Shown in pieces: positions 42,802 to 43,394 of a DNA stretch of 43,394 nt. The first letter of the stretch is position 1. The number at the start of each line of letters is the position of its first letter. Position numbers and translations under genes: made by a program. Origin of the DNA: Actinomycetota bacterium (GTDB lineage: Bacteria > Actinomycetota > UBA4738 > CALAEC01); the NCBI GenBank assembly GCA_050693275.1, contig JBOGWD010000229.1, positions 1-43,394 on the forward strand, written 5' to 3'. The notes beneath the pieces are model-generated. The model was not told the DNA's origin. It saw only the letters and a list, made by a program, of their open reading frames with translations, and did not search any database.

Positions 42802-43394
42802 GTGATGAACGGGGACAGGGGCTCGGGCCCACCGAGGGACGAGGGATCGAGGGAGCCAGTCATAGACCGGCTGACCCTGCGGTTCCGCGACCCACAGCTT
42901 GAGGCGGCGTACCGAGCCGACTCGTATCGGCACAACCTAGGGAACATCCGGTTCGCGCTCCTGGGCGGGGCGGTCCTGTGGGTGGTCTGGGGGGTCGTGC
43001 TCTACCCCCACCTGCTGGCGCTGGCGGACAAGCGGGTCGACCTCATCATGCGGTACGGGGTCTTCGTCCCCGTCCTACTCGTCGGCTTCGCGCTCTCGTT
43101 TACCCGCTGGTTCGAACGGATCTGGGAATGGGTGGCGGTCGGGGTGGTCCTCGTGACGATTGTGGCGTGGGTGTACTACATCGAGCAGGTCCTGACGATG
43201 CCGGCGGAGTACGGCTACGTGGGGCTGATCCTGATCACCGCGTTCACCTACACGCTGCTCCGGCTCCGGTACGTCCTGGTCGGGCTGATCACCCTGGTCG
43301 GTATCGCTCTGTATCTGCCGTACGCCGTCTCCGCCGTCTACATCTTCGGCGTGACCACGGTGCTGGCGGCCCTCTTCCTGGTGACGTTCGGCGT
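42802..43394 (+). CDS. Polytopic membrane protein N-terminus, open at the window end. Possibly the sensor/membrane domain of a class III nucleotidyl cyclase or similar signalling protein.
   Basis: It is absent from the ORF track because there is no stop in the window. My own translation gives VMNGDRGSGPPRDEGSREPVIDRLTLRFRDPQLEAAYRADSYRHNLGNIRFALLGGAVLWVVWG..., followed by at least 5 hydrophobic helices. Codons are GC3-rich. Confidence 0.5.
   Translation, partial: MMNGDRGSGPPRDEGSREPVIDRLTLRFRDPQLEAAYRADSYRHNLGNIRFALLGGAVLWVVWGVVLYPHLLALADKRVDLIMRYGVFVPVLLVGFALSFTRWFERIWEWVAVGVVLVTIVAWVYYIEQVLTMPAEYGYVGLILITAFTYTLLRLRYVLVGLITLVGIALYLPYAVSAVYIFGVTTVLAALFLVTFG

Noticed and set aside
1-43394. 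A search for CRISPR arrays, tandem or interspersed repeats, IS elements, integrases, prophage genes, toxin-antitoxin pairs or known defence-system genes (RM, Abi, CBASS, retron RT and similar)
   Set aside because: I found none by eye. There are no repeat-spacer periodicity, no transposase, recombinase or reverse-transcriptase motifs, and no nuclease/ATPase defence-like pairs. The intergenic regions are all 126 nt or shorter. A computational repeat and HMM scan would be needed to exclude small or degenerate elements.

Overview
This is a very GC-rich (about 70% by eye, not computed), densely coding chromosomal segment of actinobacterial type. I support about 48 CDS and see no rRNA, tRNA, CRISPR array, transposase, integrase or recognisable defence system. 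A conserved housekeeping backbone runs through the window: leuS, comEA-comEC, holA, rpsT, lepA, CIRCE-hrcA-dnaJ-rsmE, HIT, phoH-ybeY-corC-era, recO-uppS, glyQS. From memory its order matches Mycobacterium and Streptomyces. Four accessory blocks interrupt it. (1) 5.8-13.8 kb: a methyltransferase, an ORFan, an NfeD/SPFH pair, a three-gene type III polyketide synthase operon and a Vgb-like beta-propeller lipoprotein. (2) 24.0-28.7 kb: two tandem cupredoxin lipoproteins and deoC-ALDH-(catalytic-domain-less ALDH)-PGPGW. (3) 30.3-33.4 kb: GGCT-like protein, TylM1-like methyltransferase, membrane EAL protein, HAD hydrolase. (4) 34.8-42.4 kb: an IclR-controlled sugar-acid ABC uptake/KdgK/Eda locus. 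The best candidate for something undescribed is the translationally coupled UbiG-like methyltransferase / ACAD-fold flavoenzyme / type III PKS operon (9692-12638). It has the logic of alkylresorcinol/alkylquinone lipid pathways but uses non-canonical tailoring folds, and it sits directly upstream of a membrane-microdomain NfeD-SPFH pair. Other notable points: many 4-nt GTGA/ATGA start-stop overlaps, several leaderless-type promoter signatures, a near-consensus CIRCE in front of an unusually short hrcA, and an ALDH paralog that has lost its catalytic domain. Most long ORFs in the six-frame track are antisense or N-terminally extended artefacts of the high GC content. All family assignments come from motif recognition by eye, not from database searches.
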